Source: Paramecium tetraurelia
Lineage: Eukaryota
DNA length: 64,000 nt
Direction: 5' to 3'
Assembly: GCA_000165425.1 (NCBI GenBank)
Contig: CT868185.1
Coordinates: forward strand, 434,001 to 498,000
A program made the position numbers and the translations under genes. The notes beneath the pieces are model-generated. The model had not been told where the DNA came from and did no database searches. It saw only the letters and a list, made by a program, of their open reading frames with translations. Positions 25,974-41,700 of this stretch are shown in pieces (the first letter of the stretch is position 1; every line of letters begins with the position of its first letter).

Positions 25974-28900
25974 TCATTCTCTTGCTCCTTTTTATCTGAA
26001 TAGTTAAATGATTGATTTGTCATTTTAGGTGATTTTTGAATCCTTTACTATGCATTAATTGGCTAATAATAAAGATTATCTGGAAAACGATTTATAACAA
26101 ATTAGTCTGAATTCTTTTTTAATAGTTTCAGCTACTTAAATTTAAGTCTATTCTTAATTTTCATCGTTTTATTTGATGTTTTAATCATTCTTAATTTATT
26201 CAACAGAATATAAATTTATAGATCCATCATAAATTGCTGCTGCAAAATCGGTTCCATTAGGACTGAAAGTAAAACTGTTCAATTAATTATTTTAATTTTC
26301 TATTTTCAAAATTGGTTTAATTTTATCTAAATGGTCAGAACTTGCTAAATCCCATAGATATATTGATCTAAATTAATTGCCAGCAATTAATAGAGTTCCT
26401 AAGGGATTTATGACTGAAGAAAAACACTAATCTTCACATTCAATTTTTCTAATCATAGTTAATTTAGTTTTATCTATAATTTTAACAATTAATATGTAAT
26501 ATCTGTATGAAATGGCAAATATTGAATTGATGGATGATGAACTTATTGATAGTGCTTCGCTAGCTGTCATTATGCTATCTAATTTACATTTTATATTTTC
26601 TAAAGTTGAAGTAAACAATTAAGGACGTCCATCTATTATTGTCATCAAATTTTAGAAATCTGATGAATATTAAAGTTCATTTATTTAATCATTGATTAAC
26701 TCTTCAGTATATAATTATTTGATCCTAATTAAATTTTATGAATCTTCTTAATTGTAAACTATAAAATTCCCATTTGCTGAAATAACAGGATTTGATTATT
26801 TAATATATTATATATCATAAACAGCTACTTATTAACATTATCCATCATTTAAAAGTTTCCATACTTTTATTTTTTTATCAAATCCACAAACAAAATATGC
26901 CTATTTTTATGCAAATGAGAGACTTCTTATAGGTTTTTCAAAATAAATTGATGAAAGTAATTTAATATTAAGTATTTCTTTAATGTCTAAAATATTGATT
27001 TTATGCTAATTTGCTATTACCAATATCTTTAATTCAATAAGCATAGCATTAGTTCCAGACCATATGTCAGTATTTAACAGTTACTTTTAGTTTTTTAAGT
27101 CCCATATGATAAAGCCTTATTAATTTAATTATACAATATAGTCTCCATCATAAGTTGAGTAAAATTGTAAAGGCTGCTATTGTTCATCTTATAAAATCTT
27201 ACTTTATCCAGAATTCAAAGAGCGGATCCTTTTAATTCCATGATAACTATAAAAAAAAACTGATAAATGCATGGGACAGAAAGTATATCTATCACAATTC
27301 TCTATCTACCAAATATTTTTTAGTTTTAATGAAAAATCTTCCTAAACAGAAAAAATACAAATTGTTTCTTTTTAACAACAAACCAGTTCAGTGTCATAAT
27401 TTATAAATTATAAATCGTGAATTGATTGTTTTTGAATCAAAGTAATTTCTTTAATAATTGATTTCTCATAATTCCATAAATAAATTTTGCAATTTCTGGT
27501 AGCCAAAGCTACTACAATTTCATTTTAAGAAAATGCTGCAATGCCGTTCAAATTTTGAATATCTATTTAATACTTTTATTAATCATTGAGATTGACTAAG
27601 AAAAGCTAGGTATTATTAAGAGAATAAACTATAAAATTGCATGGCTTAGAAAACTTTAAAAAGTAATCTAAATATTAAAATTCTAATTTAGTAACAATTT
27701 CTTTTTATTTATTTTTTATGTCCCACTTTAATATCACACAACTTTCTGAAGCTGTATAGAGAATGTTTGAATCATCTCTGCTAAATTCAAAAAACTTAAG
27801 AGCTTCTTCAAAATCTAAATTCATATCATCTTATTTTTTAGAAATATCAACAATAATGATCATAGATCTTTATCTTTAATAAATTGCTAAATATCGATCA
27901 TCATATGATATAATAGACTGTTCAGAATTGTTAAGATTCTTGATTTCAGATTTTATTTCTCCAGAAATGCTGTCTATTAATGTTATTTAATCTTAACCAA
28001 TTAATATAAATTACTTTTAGCTGTTTGATAAATAACTACTCTAGAATTAGATATCTATATCAACAAAGGGCAATTACTTTTACATTTAATTGAGATTTGA
28101 TATGATAATAGCATCACTATTTATTGAAACCAAGTAATCTTGGTAATCAAATTTAATTATATCAATTTAAACGATTGTTGGTTCTAATAAAATTTATGAT
28201 TACTTTTTCCAACTATTGTTTATTTTCTACCAAATAATCATAATATTATTAGTATCTATTGTTAATAATTATCGACCATAATCCCATGATCTAATAATTA
28301 CAACTTCTGATTAATGTCCTTCAAGATTTTCAGTTAAATCAGTTGATAAATTATGAACCCTAACCTGATTATCATAACCTTAAAATAAAATGTCATCTTC
28401 ATCTGAAATACAAATGGGATTGCTCATATATTTAGAGATTTTAAATTTTTTATCTTTTTTATCTATTTTATCCAAACTCCAAACTTAAATTTTAGTAATT
28501 GTTTGCATTCTACTATTATTAAATATACCTCTATCATTTGAAAGTGTAGCAAAGCATCCTGATGGAGAAAAACATAAGATATTTGGATATAAATACAACT
28601 CATTTATTTTAAAGTATAAAGTTGTCTCCTATGGAAATTTAACATCCCAAAAATATAGTAATCCATCATTACATACTGATGCTAACCACTTAGAACAAAA
28701 AGAGAATTCTATACATAGTACCTCTTAAGTATGATCTTCTAACTTAATTATAAAATTTTTTTCTAATAAATCCCATAAAATAATTGAGTGATCTTTACTA
28801 CATGATGCAATAATAAGACCATCCTTTGAGAAGGCAACTTAGTTTACACATTTTTAATGCCCTTTTGAAATATTTGATTATTCACTTAATTCTATATTCC

Positions 28901-31900
28901 ATAATTTAATATATTTGTCATTACTTGCAGAGGCCAAACATTATCCATCAGATGAAAAAGATAATTAGTTAACAAAATCTGTATGACCTTCAAATACTGC
29001 TATTTTCTTTTTAGCGTTCACATCCCACAAAAAAATCTTTTAATCAATGCTACCAGATGCTAGTAATCTCATTTTCTATGAGTAGCTGAGGCATGTAACA
29101 TCTCTATCATGTTCTCCTAGTAGAGTATCTTCAGATTTATTAAGTTTAATCAAATATATCTATGTATAACTACCAACACTAATAGTATTAGAATCAATTT
29201 ATTCTAAACTATTTATTGTTCCAGAAACTTTTCGGGAAACATTATTATCAACATTTAAATCCAGCCTATGTGTCCTTAGTTATGAAGATTCTCCAATAAT
29301 GATTGATAAGTTATCAAAAGATGTTGCAAAAGAATTTTAATTTACAAAATATTGTATTTTTTAACTTATGCTTATTATTTAGGCTTATGACATCCAATTC
29401 AAATTTATTAATTTGAGTCTCTTTGATTACTTAATAAATATAAAACCAAAAGCAGGAGTTACAGACACTTCATCTACATCAGATCCACATTGGAAAGAAC
29501 AGAGAAGTTTTAGTTATTTATTTTCATCAAGAGAACCTACTATTGCTTAGTTATGCTCTTTATAGTAATGCAATAAATTGCCACTCTTAGAAAATTTGAT
29601 TGGGAATATTTTACTATCATTAATTACTGTCAAGTCTTTTTTATTTTGAATGTCATAAAATTTAAAGCAGTAACTTTATTAGTACCCATTACTAGCCTAT
29701 TAATAATTACAAGCTATTAACTATCCATCAGAAGAAATTGCAGATTATCTAAATAATTCATAAAAATATTCAAATTTTGAAGATATTAGATCAAAGATAC
29801 CTGAACCCTCCTTATTTCGGATAAATATTTTATTATTGCATTCAAAAGAGTTTACTTGAAGTATTTTACTTTTTGGAAACAAACACTTAATTTTTTATTG
29901 GGTTTTTATTTCTCGAATGACAAAATCAGAATTCGATATGTAACTTATATAATCATTGTTACATGTCCAAGAAAATTATTCTAAAGACTAATTTGTATAA
30001 GTTTAAATCTCATATATATTTTAGGGGTCTTAGATATTAAATAGTCTTATGGTATTTTCACATTATAAAATTAGAACCTAATCGTTTTTGGTGAGCTTTA
30101 GAGAATAACTTTCTTCGCAAATAGTAAAACTAAAGATTTCCTCCTTCGAATAAATATGCTGCTTAGAAATATTCATATTAACTGAAATTATACAATGCTA
30201 ACCATCTTGAAAGAACTGTACATGATTAAGTTTATACTTGATATTAGATATTGATTTCTACTATTTCCAGTCAACAATTGATATACCATCAGATTAATCA
30301 TTAGTAACAATCTATCCATTTGTTAAAAATTAAACAACTTTTTTAGAGGTAGGAATTATTCCCTTTAAAGTGCATTTTGAGAGAGGAGTTATTTTTAATT
30401 TTCTCTCCATAAGATATATAAGATTTTGATCATTATCAATTAACAATAATTTGCTGATTACACTTTAAGGTTTATAAGCATTAATCATCTCAATTTTATT
30501 CTCAAAATATCTCCAAACCCTAATGTAATTCCCACCAGTCACAAATAAATTACCATTCTTAGAGAAACTAATACTATTATATGCTGAATCCAAAGGAAGT
30601 TTATTATTAACAATTATCTCTCCTGATGTTTAATTCCAAAATATTATGTTTTTATCGCTTAAACATACTAAAGATATTCCATCTGGGCAAAATTGAAATA
30701 CTAGAGAGCTGTAATTTTAATCCTCAATTTCCAAAACTCTTTCTTCATTCTTGCTTATGTTCCATAAAATTATTTAATCCTAACTTTGTCTTTGATTAAT
30801 AGCTAAGGTATTATTATCATACGATATTAAAATAGTTCCTCTTGACGGCTTATATTAATCTAATATCTTTATTTCCGATCCATTATTATTTTCATCTAAA
30901 ATCCTTATTTTTTAATCATTAGTCTAAATAATTAATAAAGATCCATCAGGAGAATAGTTGATTTATTCTATTTGAACGCCATCATCTATTTCATTGAATT
31001 TCTAACACTAATAAGGAGCTATGCTAATATTCCAAAAAGATAGGCTTCCATCTTCAAATATTGTAGATAATATAGGCTTGCAAGGAGAAAAAGCCAGAGC
31101 AGAAATTTTTTTTTAATTTTCAATTTATTTATCTATCAGTTTTTTTTCTTTAAAATCATATAAAGATATTTATTTGGATTAGCTACTTATCATGGCCATT
31201 ATTTAATAATTAGCTTAGAGTGAAAATTGTGTTATTTAGATATTATTGAAATAATCTTATTCTTCCGATTGATTGAAATACTAATTTTTATCATCATAAA
31301 TAATAATTTCATTTTAACATTGTTCAAATATTAAATCCTAATTATAAAATGAATTTTTTTATCTATTACTAAGAATTACTTCCTGGAAAGTGTTCAAATC
31401 CCAATATCTTACTTTTTTTCCTTTTATTATTAATCTCTATTCATTACTAGTAATATCAATTTAGGTTATTTCTTAATCAAAATATATACTATTAATAATA
31501 GCTTAAGTATTAAGATCTAATATTAATAGTGTTTAATCTTAAACAATAACAGCAAAATTAGAATTAGGGAATAAGTAAACATGATAGGAATACTATATAT
31601 TAGCAAGATAGGCAGAATCATCATACTAAAATTCTCCATAGGCTAAATAGTTTTCTGTTCCAATGACTAATTCTCTTTCATTGGGTAGTGTCAAATATTA
31701 GATTTAATATTCTTTAAACGATAAAACTTAGCATTTACATTTATCTTTCAAATCCCATAATAATAGTAAATTTGTACATGCAGATACTAATCTATTTCCT
31801 GCCTTACTAAAAGCTAATGCCTGAATCTTTCCAGTATGACCTATTAAAATCCTTTCAGCCCTTCTTTTTGGATGAATTAGTTTTATGCTAGAGTCGTCTA

Positions 31901-34900
31901 ATCCTAAGGCGATCAATTAATCATCAGAAGTAAAGGTGTAAACCAAGATTTCCTATTGACACTAAAATATTATATCATCTGGTTTTTCTGAGATGCTTTC
32001 AAAATTGCAAATTACAAAGATTCCTGAACTATCGACTGAAGCTATTTTTTTTCCATCTGAAGTGAATTTGATTGCTGTAACTTGATAATCATGATAGTCT
32101 ATATTAAAAATCAACTACTTTATTTCTGGATTCTAAATATCCCATAATTTTATTGTTTTATCCTTACTAGCAGAGGCTAGAGTTTTACTATCAGGTGAAA
32201 AGGTAACTGCTAATATTGTATCTTGATGACCATCCAATTGTTAAATGACTTTATAACTTTCCACATCCCAAAGACTTACTAAATTTCCTTTTCCATTTGA
32301 TGCAATTAATTTACCATTTGAAGAAAATTCGACAACTTTAACTTGTTCATCTTCTTTTAAAAATGGTTTTTCTTTACATCTTACATTGTTCCATTCAACA
32401 TCTGTCAAATTTGCATAATTAAAATTACAAGAATTAATATTAATATTGGTAAATTTAGATTTACTTAGATCTGCGTTACAAAAACTTAAACCTGAGATAT
32501 TTGTATCAATTAACTAAATTTCTGAAAAATTTTCGTATCCTAAATACACATCCAATTAAGATAACAAGAAAATACTATTTGAAGCAGCAAAAATATAGTT
32601 CTCATTTGTAGATAATTTAACAATATTAATAAGAATGTGTTTAATGTTATCTTGGTTACTTAATTTCTCATTGATAAATGTTAATACTCCTTTAAAATGA
32701 TCCTTTGAAATATTTAATGCAGGTTTATTATATAATGATTCCATCAATCTGGTAATATATTTCTAATCCAAATTTTCTTCATTCAAAAATTAAGAACCAG
32801 ATTAAAGCAGCAATTCTATAATGTATTTAGCAACATAAAATTCTTAAATAGATTTGTGAGTAAAGGAATAGATACTTCCTTTAGCGTTTAAGAGAATACA
32901 ACTTCGTATTAATTTATTATAATCAAGTTCCTATTATGAATCATTAAAATAATCATCAAGCCAACCATCATCATTTTATTACCAGTTATAATTATTTGTT
33001 AATTTCAATTTTCCTTTTTATTAATACGTGATTTAAGATAATTAATTTTTAGTCATTTCTAATGCTAAATTAGATGAAAATTATAGAATATCTATTTAAA
33101 AGCTTTCCCAATTTGAAATTTTACCTGTCTCTCTTAACTTTTGAATTTATTAATCATGATAAAAATGAATGAAACTCTCATAGAACTCAAATATTGTCAA
33201 CTTTTTCATCTTTAAGGCTTAAACTACATATTCTATATCCTGACTAGAGATACTAAAAGACTAATTATCAACTAGTAAGTTTTAATTTTCGATTTTAAGA
33301 ATGCTAGTTATTGAGTAAAATTAAAAAAACTTTAAGCTTTCCAATTAATCTAAAAGTTAAGTAGCTTTTGCTTAAAATTCTGATTTATTTAGTTACTCAT
33401 AATATTTCATTTTTTGGCTTTTTCCATCAAAAGTTGGTTTGATTACCTAATTATTTTCTTTTTGATCTAAATTATTTTTGTAATTCTCTTATAAATATTT
33501 AGAGAAATTAGATTTTTAGATAATATTGAGATAACCCTAAACAAATCTATTTTTTAAATCCACAGAACCTTACTATTGCCTTGCCATATTAGGTAATACT
33601 TAGACAATAATTTCAAACATGAAGGGAGTTGATAATAAATCAGAAATACCTACATTTTCTATGGCCTTTTCAAATTTATAAACACTCCATAAAGATGACA
33701 AATCTTTCCTGAGCCCTATAATCTATTCGTCTTTTAAATAATTAAATGGAGAATACTCTAAAATTCTCTTGATTAAATCTTCCCTCTAGGAATTTTCAAA
33801 GATTGATTCTGATTATTCTTTATATGAACTTTAAATCCTGTTTTAAACTTCTACATTAACATAGTACCATATTTTTAAAAATTCATCTAAATTAAAGTTT
33901 TATTATGAAATCTATTTCAAGAAATCATAAACTGCTCTTATTTTTCTCTTAACACTAAGTTCAGCATATTGAATTAAATAATTACTTTTTTAACCTTTAT
34001 CAAAATCTTAGATCTAAACTTCTTTTAAACTCCTTATGCTATTCCCATAGAACCAAGTTTAATAACCCAAAGTGTTTAATATTTCTCTTCTGGTTGTGAT
34101 GATTATCTTGACTTATTTTTAATTTTCATCAATATTCAAATCATTAATTAACTTATTTGTAATAATGAGATTTTATTAGATACAATCTTATTTCATTTCA
34201 TCATAACTATCAAGTATTAAAATGATATATTCTTTTTTATTTTAAATCGCATCTTTAAATTCTCTAAGTTAATATTTATCAAATTAATAATTATCAGATT
34301 CTAATGCTTATTCAAATAAATTATATTTTGGATTTTTTAAAGTTGGAAGTGATACAAAGATTGGAATCCATTTCGAATTAATTTCTCTTTATTTCCATAG
34401 AAATTCTTCAATTTTTCTAGCTGCTTTACTTTTACCAGAACCAGCATTTCCTGACAGCTACCGATAACATCATTTGATTTAGATTCATCCCAAATAAATT
34501 CATTAACTTCACCTGTGAAATCATTCCATTATTCACTCATTAAATTGGTTATTATTACTCCATCTTTGGATTTAATAATTTCCCCAGTCACAGGATCATA
34601 TTCAATGGTTTTCAATTAAACATATACAGAATCTACTTCTGCTAATCTAGATTATGATAATATCTTTTATGTTCTTATTTCTAATAATTCATCATATCTT
34701 TTTCCTCTTAATTTACGAATATCATCCCCAACTTAATTTAAACTCTCTTATAAATTATCAATTTAATTTTTTATTTACTTCACATCTTTTGATATATCCT
34801 TTAAAAATATTAAACTAATATCCATTTTCTCTGACATTTCAGTAATATTATCATTATATTGTTCAAGTTCTTCATAAGCTAGCTTTAGTTTATTATTTAA

Positions 34901-37900
34901 GTTGCTCTTTAATTTATGAATTTCCTTCAAGTCTTATTTCTTATGAAATGCTTTCTATGCTGTTGATTCTTAATTTTATTTCTTATTTTATTTACTCTGA
35001 TGTAGATTTGATATCCTAAGAAAAAAAAAGTTTTTACATTTCAATTAATTCCTTATTTTTCAATAGATTTCTGACTCTTTAATCTTTTTCAAAAACCCAA
35101 AGATATTGAATCAGTTTTGATGAAAACTCTACTATTTTGTCTTCTTTAATTGCTTACTATAGCTTTATTAAATTAAAAGCTAAGCATTCTCTAATTTTAT
35201 AATCATTGCTTAAATCAAATACATCAAATATCGACTTTTTTATTTTTACTTATTCGCATAGGTTATTGATTATATTTAAGTATAAAAGGTCTAAATTTTG
35301 AGGTATTTTATCCGAACTTTATTATTTTAATTCAAAGAAAGTTAAAGTTTCTTATAAAGTTGATTCAACTTATTCAATTTATTAATCATTCCTTAATTCA
35401 ATTTACTATTTTTACAAACCTATGTCTTTTTTACTTTAAACGATGCAGTTACAACTCTATAATTAACTTTTTTCCTTTAAACTATCAATAAAATTAGTAA
35501 TTGAAGTTTTAATTTAAAATTTGGATTCTACTTGTTACATTTACATATTAAAGGTATTGAGATGAACTTAAATTTCTTCATTATTAGATAATTAAAGCTA
35601 ATTTATTATTAATATTGACAATTGTTCTAATAATTTTAGTAATTTATTAGTATTCTTTATCATTTTCAAAATTTTATCAACACAAAAATGGCAGAAATCT
35701 AAGTGCTTATTCCTTCTGATCCAATGTTATAAAGTTGATTTTTTTTCATCTGCTAGAATATTATTAAATACTCCTTAATTATTTTGAATTTCTCTTAAAA
35801 TATTATCATATTTTTCCATTTAACTGTTTAAAGCCTCAAAATCATAATATTCATTTTAATTTTATAAAACGATAAACTGAGCTTCTTGCATGAATTTAAT
35901 AACTTATGATTTGATCGTTTTGGTTTATTAGCTTATAATATTTTCTTATTCATTTTGGATCATCTAATAATCTGTTTTTATTTATTAAAGGAGTTATTTT
36001 TTTTTATCTTTAATATTATTACTTCCTTTATCCAGGTCTTTTGATTTCAAAATATATTCTAATTTTTCCTTTTATTATGTTAATTACTTGATTAAAATTA
36101 ATTTAAATTCTTAATAAATCTTTTATTACTCTTGAATGGCTAAACGTTTTTCCTCTTCTAGGTTTTAGTCAAATGTATTTATTTTGTATTAGTGGATTTA
36201 GCAAAATTGTTTCATTAGTTTTAACATAGAGAGACTAAAAGTACAGTTTCTATAAATTTTTTCAATATCATCTTTATTTGCTACTTAACTTTGACCCAAA
36301 TCAAATCTATCCGAAAAATTAGTAACTAATTATTACCTTAGTATTTTAATCCATTAACCTGAACATATAGTATTTGACATAGCTTATATTTATAAAGGAG
36401 GAATTTTAATATTGTAATCATGTGTTTTAATACTTGATGCTGAGAAACAAAATTTTTGTTAAAATTCTTTTATATTTATTATGCACTATTATAATATTAA
36501 TGATATTTCGGAATTTTATTAAGAATTCAGGTGATTTTGAATCTAAAATTTTGAATTTTCGTCATCTAAAACTTACTTTTTTGATATTGGATTTAAACTA
36601 ATTTCAGATAGATAACTCAAATACTCTACCACTTTTAGAAAATTTGAAACAAAATCTTCCAAGAAGGCTTAAAATTTGACCTTAATAAATTCTTCAATAC
36701 TCTAAAATATATACTTTAGTTTTTCTTAAACATCAATCTTAAATTTATCAAAGTAAGGTAAAAGCAACTTTAATTTTTCAAATTCAATAGTAGATCTTTC
36801 CATGACAAAAATGAGATAATATAAGGCCTATTTATATCCATCTAAAATTTATTTTCTAAAAACAATATAACCATCTTAGAGTAATTTGATTTAAAGCTAT
36901 GTATTATCCTATTAAGTAAAATAATCTGTAAATGAATCTTTCATTTATTAGTAAAGAAGAACTAATTCATCTAACTAAGAATTAAATCTTTCAATTTACT
37001 TTTCTATAAATAATACATCATTATTTTGTAAAACTATTTCATAATCCTTTATAGTAATTTCTTGCTTATTTTTAAAGCTAAAATCTTTATAGAAATTCCA
37101 AAGGTTAATTTACTGAGAAAATTAACCTTTTAATAGAGAATCTGATATTAATTTAAACTTGGGAATACTCTATTTTTCCATTAAGTTGTTTATTTCTTTG
37201 CTAAAATATTTTACTTGATTTTGAAATAACACTGCAGACCCTTAATTTCTATTCTATGGAAGACTAAGAATTAAGTTATTTTCAATTAAATTATTCCACA
37301 TTGATTATTATTCTATTGGAGAACCTTTAACAATTTCAAATTTATCGAGAATGGGTCTATATGCTAAAATATCCATTATCATTGATATCCAACTAAAATG
37401 AATGATCCAATTATCTGAATTTAGAATATATTATTAAAATGCATCTTTTAGTTATTTCAATTAATTATAGACTGAGTACTAAGATTTTAATTGCCTCACG
37501 ATAGACCATTTAAGAGTTTGGAATAAATAATAAGTAGCATATACCTCTTCAGGATATAATACTTTGTCTTTATATTGTAAAAATAAAAATTTAGCTCCTT
37601 CAATAAGACTTGGGATTAAGTCTTCAGTAGGTGACATTGCCAAAGCTGACTAAGCTACATTTTTAACAATATTTATTAATAAATTTTTTCCTTCTTCTGA
37701 ATTGGTTTGGACAATTCATCAACATTATTTTCATAAGAGTTATTTCATATTCTATTCCTGTATTCCATACATTTGCTTATTCAATACTCAATTACCCTTT
37801 AAATTCTTCTACATCTTGTAATAATTCTTATTGCATAGTTAATTCCATTTTTCGATCCTCATTCTGTATTTAAAATGAATATATAATTCTCAAAAAATCA

Positions 37901-38400
37901 TTACAAATTTAAAGAACTTAATAACATAAAAACCATGAAGATCTTAAATAAATGGGAAGAATTTTTAGCAATTCCCTAAAAGAATTCAAAGATTTTGTAT
38001 ATATTGATTAAGTTAAATTTTGGTTAACGCAACAAGTATTTAAATGTTCTCTATTATACATAAACCATTAAAATGCAATTATTACTTCATTTCTTTGTTA
38101 AGGATCAATTAAAAGTGAAGCTTTATTATTGATAATGCTAACATAATTTTCAAGTTTAACCAATAAATCATTGGGTACACCAATAATTAACTTTTCTTCA
38201 ACTTTTGAAATTGGTTTAGCTTATCCACAGCCTCCCCCTCTTAATTGAATTTCAAATTATTATATTGTTACATTATCATGAGTTTCAATTAGTTAATAAA
38301 ATTATGAGTTTTGTGGTTATGATTTCAAAATATTAGAAACAGGGCAATTATTTTAGCTATCCTTATAAATTTACAAGTTTGGATCGAATACGTTATTCAT
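25974..38400 (-). CDS. Giant NACHT-pentapeptide-WD40 protein, paralogue A3 (~4140 aa after correcting three apparent frameshifts; possibly a pseudogene or consensus errors)
   Basis: Begins [20 protein letters not shown]...[15 protein letters not shown] at ATG 38400 and ends LFRQKGARE-TGA (25974-25976). Extra bases relative to paralogues: +1 at ~37690, +1 at ~34890, +2 at ~34455-34463. 12427-4=12423 nt is a multiple of 3. Confidence 0.8.
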
Positions 38401-38730
38401 GATCCTAGAAATATTTTTAATTTAATTATAAAAGATTTTTCATAATTATTGATATATGAAAAAATTATAATCATAATTTATTACTAGATTTATTATAAGA
38501 TTCATTTTCAAAATTATTGTTTATCCTAACCTAACTTTTTACCTCAATATGTAATTAATTAACAAAATAATTTTAATTTAATATCCATTTTCAAATATTT
38601 TTATAATATATAAATAAATTAATAAATAATGGTTAAATATATGATAAAATTAAAATAATGAACATGATATAGGAATTGTCTTTAAAGAATTATTTGATTT
38701 TATTACTGAAACATTTCATATATATTATAT

Positions 38731-41700
38731 TCATTAACAAGCTCCTTTTTAGAGAAACAATTCTATAATAGATTTATTTTCTGAGTTTATGCTTGACTTT
38801 GATAAAATGGACTATTGAGCAGTCAATAAGGATTATTTGGCAAACGATTTATAACAAAATATTTATAATTTAGTGATATCCTCGTTTAATTTCAACTATT
38901 CAAAACACTACTTTTTAACAAAATTTGTTTAATTAGCATCAATAGAATATAAATTAACTGAGCCATCCGAAAGACCTGCTACAAAATTAATTCCGTCTGG
39001 ACAAAACTTAAGAATTTTTACTTCATCGTTTATTTTATCATTCAAGCAAATTTATTAAGATTGCTAGACTTTCCATAGCGCAATTGAATTTATGAAATCT
39101 ACTTAATTTTAACCTCCCGTTAATAGAAAATCGCCTTTTGGAGATAAAGCAATAGAGCTTATATAATTTTTCTCTCCTTTGATAGTCCAAAATTGAACAA
39201 GATCTTTTTAGTCATAAAAAGCATAAATTTACACGCTTGTTGAACACATCAAGCCTAAAAATTTTTGATTTAATGAAAATTCAGATTGGCTGACTTGAAA
39301 ATCTAATTTGATTTCTTTAACTTTTTTGAAACTTATAGAATCAAAAAGTTAAATTGTTTAGTCAAAAATAACGACTATCAAGTTGCCATCATTTGAATAG
39401 AATATCTAACCTTAATTTATTTACCTGTTTAATTATATGCATTTTTCTTATTTGATATTTTTAATATTCATTATTTCAATGATATTTTCATTGCTTAATG
39501 CAAAATAATTACCATTTCCTGAGAAAAATGGTTTACCTTTTGAATTATAAACTGCTTTAGATAAATTTTCTACAAACTTATCAATATTATTAAATACAAC
39601 TTTTATTTTATTGAAATCATCTTTAACTTAAATTAATAAATTATTAGAGTAGATAGCCATATCAATTATTTTGTTATAAAATTTAATTTCTTTAATTTTT
39701 ACAATTTTCTCTATTTTATTGATTCTTAAAAACTAAAGTTTATTCCTATTTGCAATAACTAATATTTCCGATGATTAAAATTAAATGATTTCTCCAGTAA
39801 AATCTTCAAAGTTATGAATCATTTAAAGATTTTATAACTCCAAAATTTGCAATGAAGGAGTCAAGCTTGCCAAATATTTACTATCTGGTGAAAAGCAAGT
39901 ACAATTTTAATTTTCTATACCCTATAACTCATTTTTATGAATAGTTGGATACAGCTTTAAGACATATACCTAATTACTAAGTTTTAGAGCAATTTCTTAT
40001 TTCCTAGAATTAAAGGCACAGCTAAGAATTAAAGATTGTACATTCCAACATCCAAGAATTCTACTTGTTAATGTTTCCTCTAATTAGTAAAGGTATATTG
40101 TGCAATCATGGCAAAATAGCAATTACTTATCATCATGTGAAAACTATATGAACGAAACATTATATAAATTTAAATCATCAAAAACGTTGATCATAGACAC
40201 TTATTTTCCCTTAAAAACCTTTACTCCTTTTCTAATAGCAACAGCAATTATATTTTCATTTTCAGAACAAGCAATTAGAGAAAATTCTTCTTCAATAGAC
40301 AAAGAGGAACTTTCATTTGCTTGAAAATTCCATAATTCTAATTGTGAGTTTGACTAACTCTAAAACATTAAGAATTTAAGATTGATAGAAAATAGAACAA
40401 GATCAATTTTAACTGTTTCAGGAAGAGTCACTATAGTTTTATGTAATTGGGTTGTGACATTCCATTCTCGAACTGATCCATCAGTATATAAAGCCAATAT
40501 CCTATTTGAATCTTAAGCAGAAAATTAATATATTTTTAATTTATTATCTTTAACCTCTAGTTATTTCTTAATAGCTGGATTATTAATTTCCCATAAAGTA
40601 ATGACATTATCGTATTTTTCTTTACTTATTTGTTGAATATCTTAATAACATGCTAAATATTTATTATCCCTAGATATTTATGGGGATTTAAAATTTTATG
40701 ATCCTTTGAATTCATATATGCATTACCAATTAATTGTGTCAAATATTTAAACTTCTTAAGATTTTAATATTGCTGTTTGAGCTAAGTCAATCGAAAAAGC
40801 AATCTCTCGTTATTCAGATGAGTCAAATTTTTAGTTTGTCTTCTATTCAACACTTTGAAGCTTTGAAAAATCATGAAGCAATGTTCTAAAATTGTTTGAA
40901 ACAGCATCCGAAAATAGTGGTTGTTCTTAAGTAGTACAATCTTTAGCTTAAAATAAAAATTAATTATTTGGAGATAGTAAAATATATTTTGATTCTGACA
41001 AATAAACCCATTTTTTGAACCAATTATTATCCTTGTCTTTTGACCAAATATATAATAATCCTTAGCCTTCCAAACATAAGATTAAACGACCATCTTGTGA
41101 AGGTATTATTTAAGTAACTTTTGAATTTTATTCTAACACTTATTTTTTTTTAGTTTCTACATTTAAGATTGTCATCTAATCCTTATTTTACTAAATATAA
41201 ATAAATTCATTTTATTAATAAAAACAATATTACTTTAAATTAGTATTTAAAATTATAGGCTTGTCTTTTTCATATTGCCCAATTTACTTGAAATTCCATT
41301 GTTATAGGTTATCAACTTTAGAGAAAGAGGCAAACAATTATTCTTTTGGTGAAAAACTAAGGGAATTTATAGGAAAGTTGAACTCATCTATGATGTAAAG
41401 CATTTTGGTTGCTTATGGATATTCAATATTCCAAAAGATTATTGTTCCATCAATGCACCCTGAAATCAAATATCTTGAGCAATAAGAGAATTACAAGGAG
41501 GTAATAGAATCCTTATGTCCTTTTAATTACGTTATAAGCCTCTTCTCCTTAAGATCCCACATTATAATAGGCACTTCAGCATCTCCGCCTTTTATGCTAC
41601 CCGAAGCTAATAAAAAACCGTCTTGAGAAATAGCGAGTGCACTTATCGAATATTAATGGGCTATTTAAGCTTCCGAGGACTCATTTTACTTTATATTCCA

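Noticed and set aside
38731..38745. C-terminal Cys of B (KGACQ) as a prenylation signal
   Set aside because: Not a CaaX spacing and not conserved in the A copies (KGARE).
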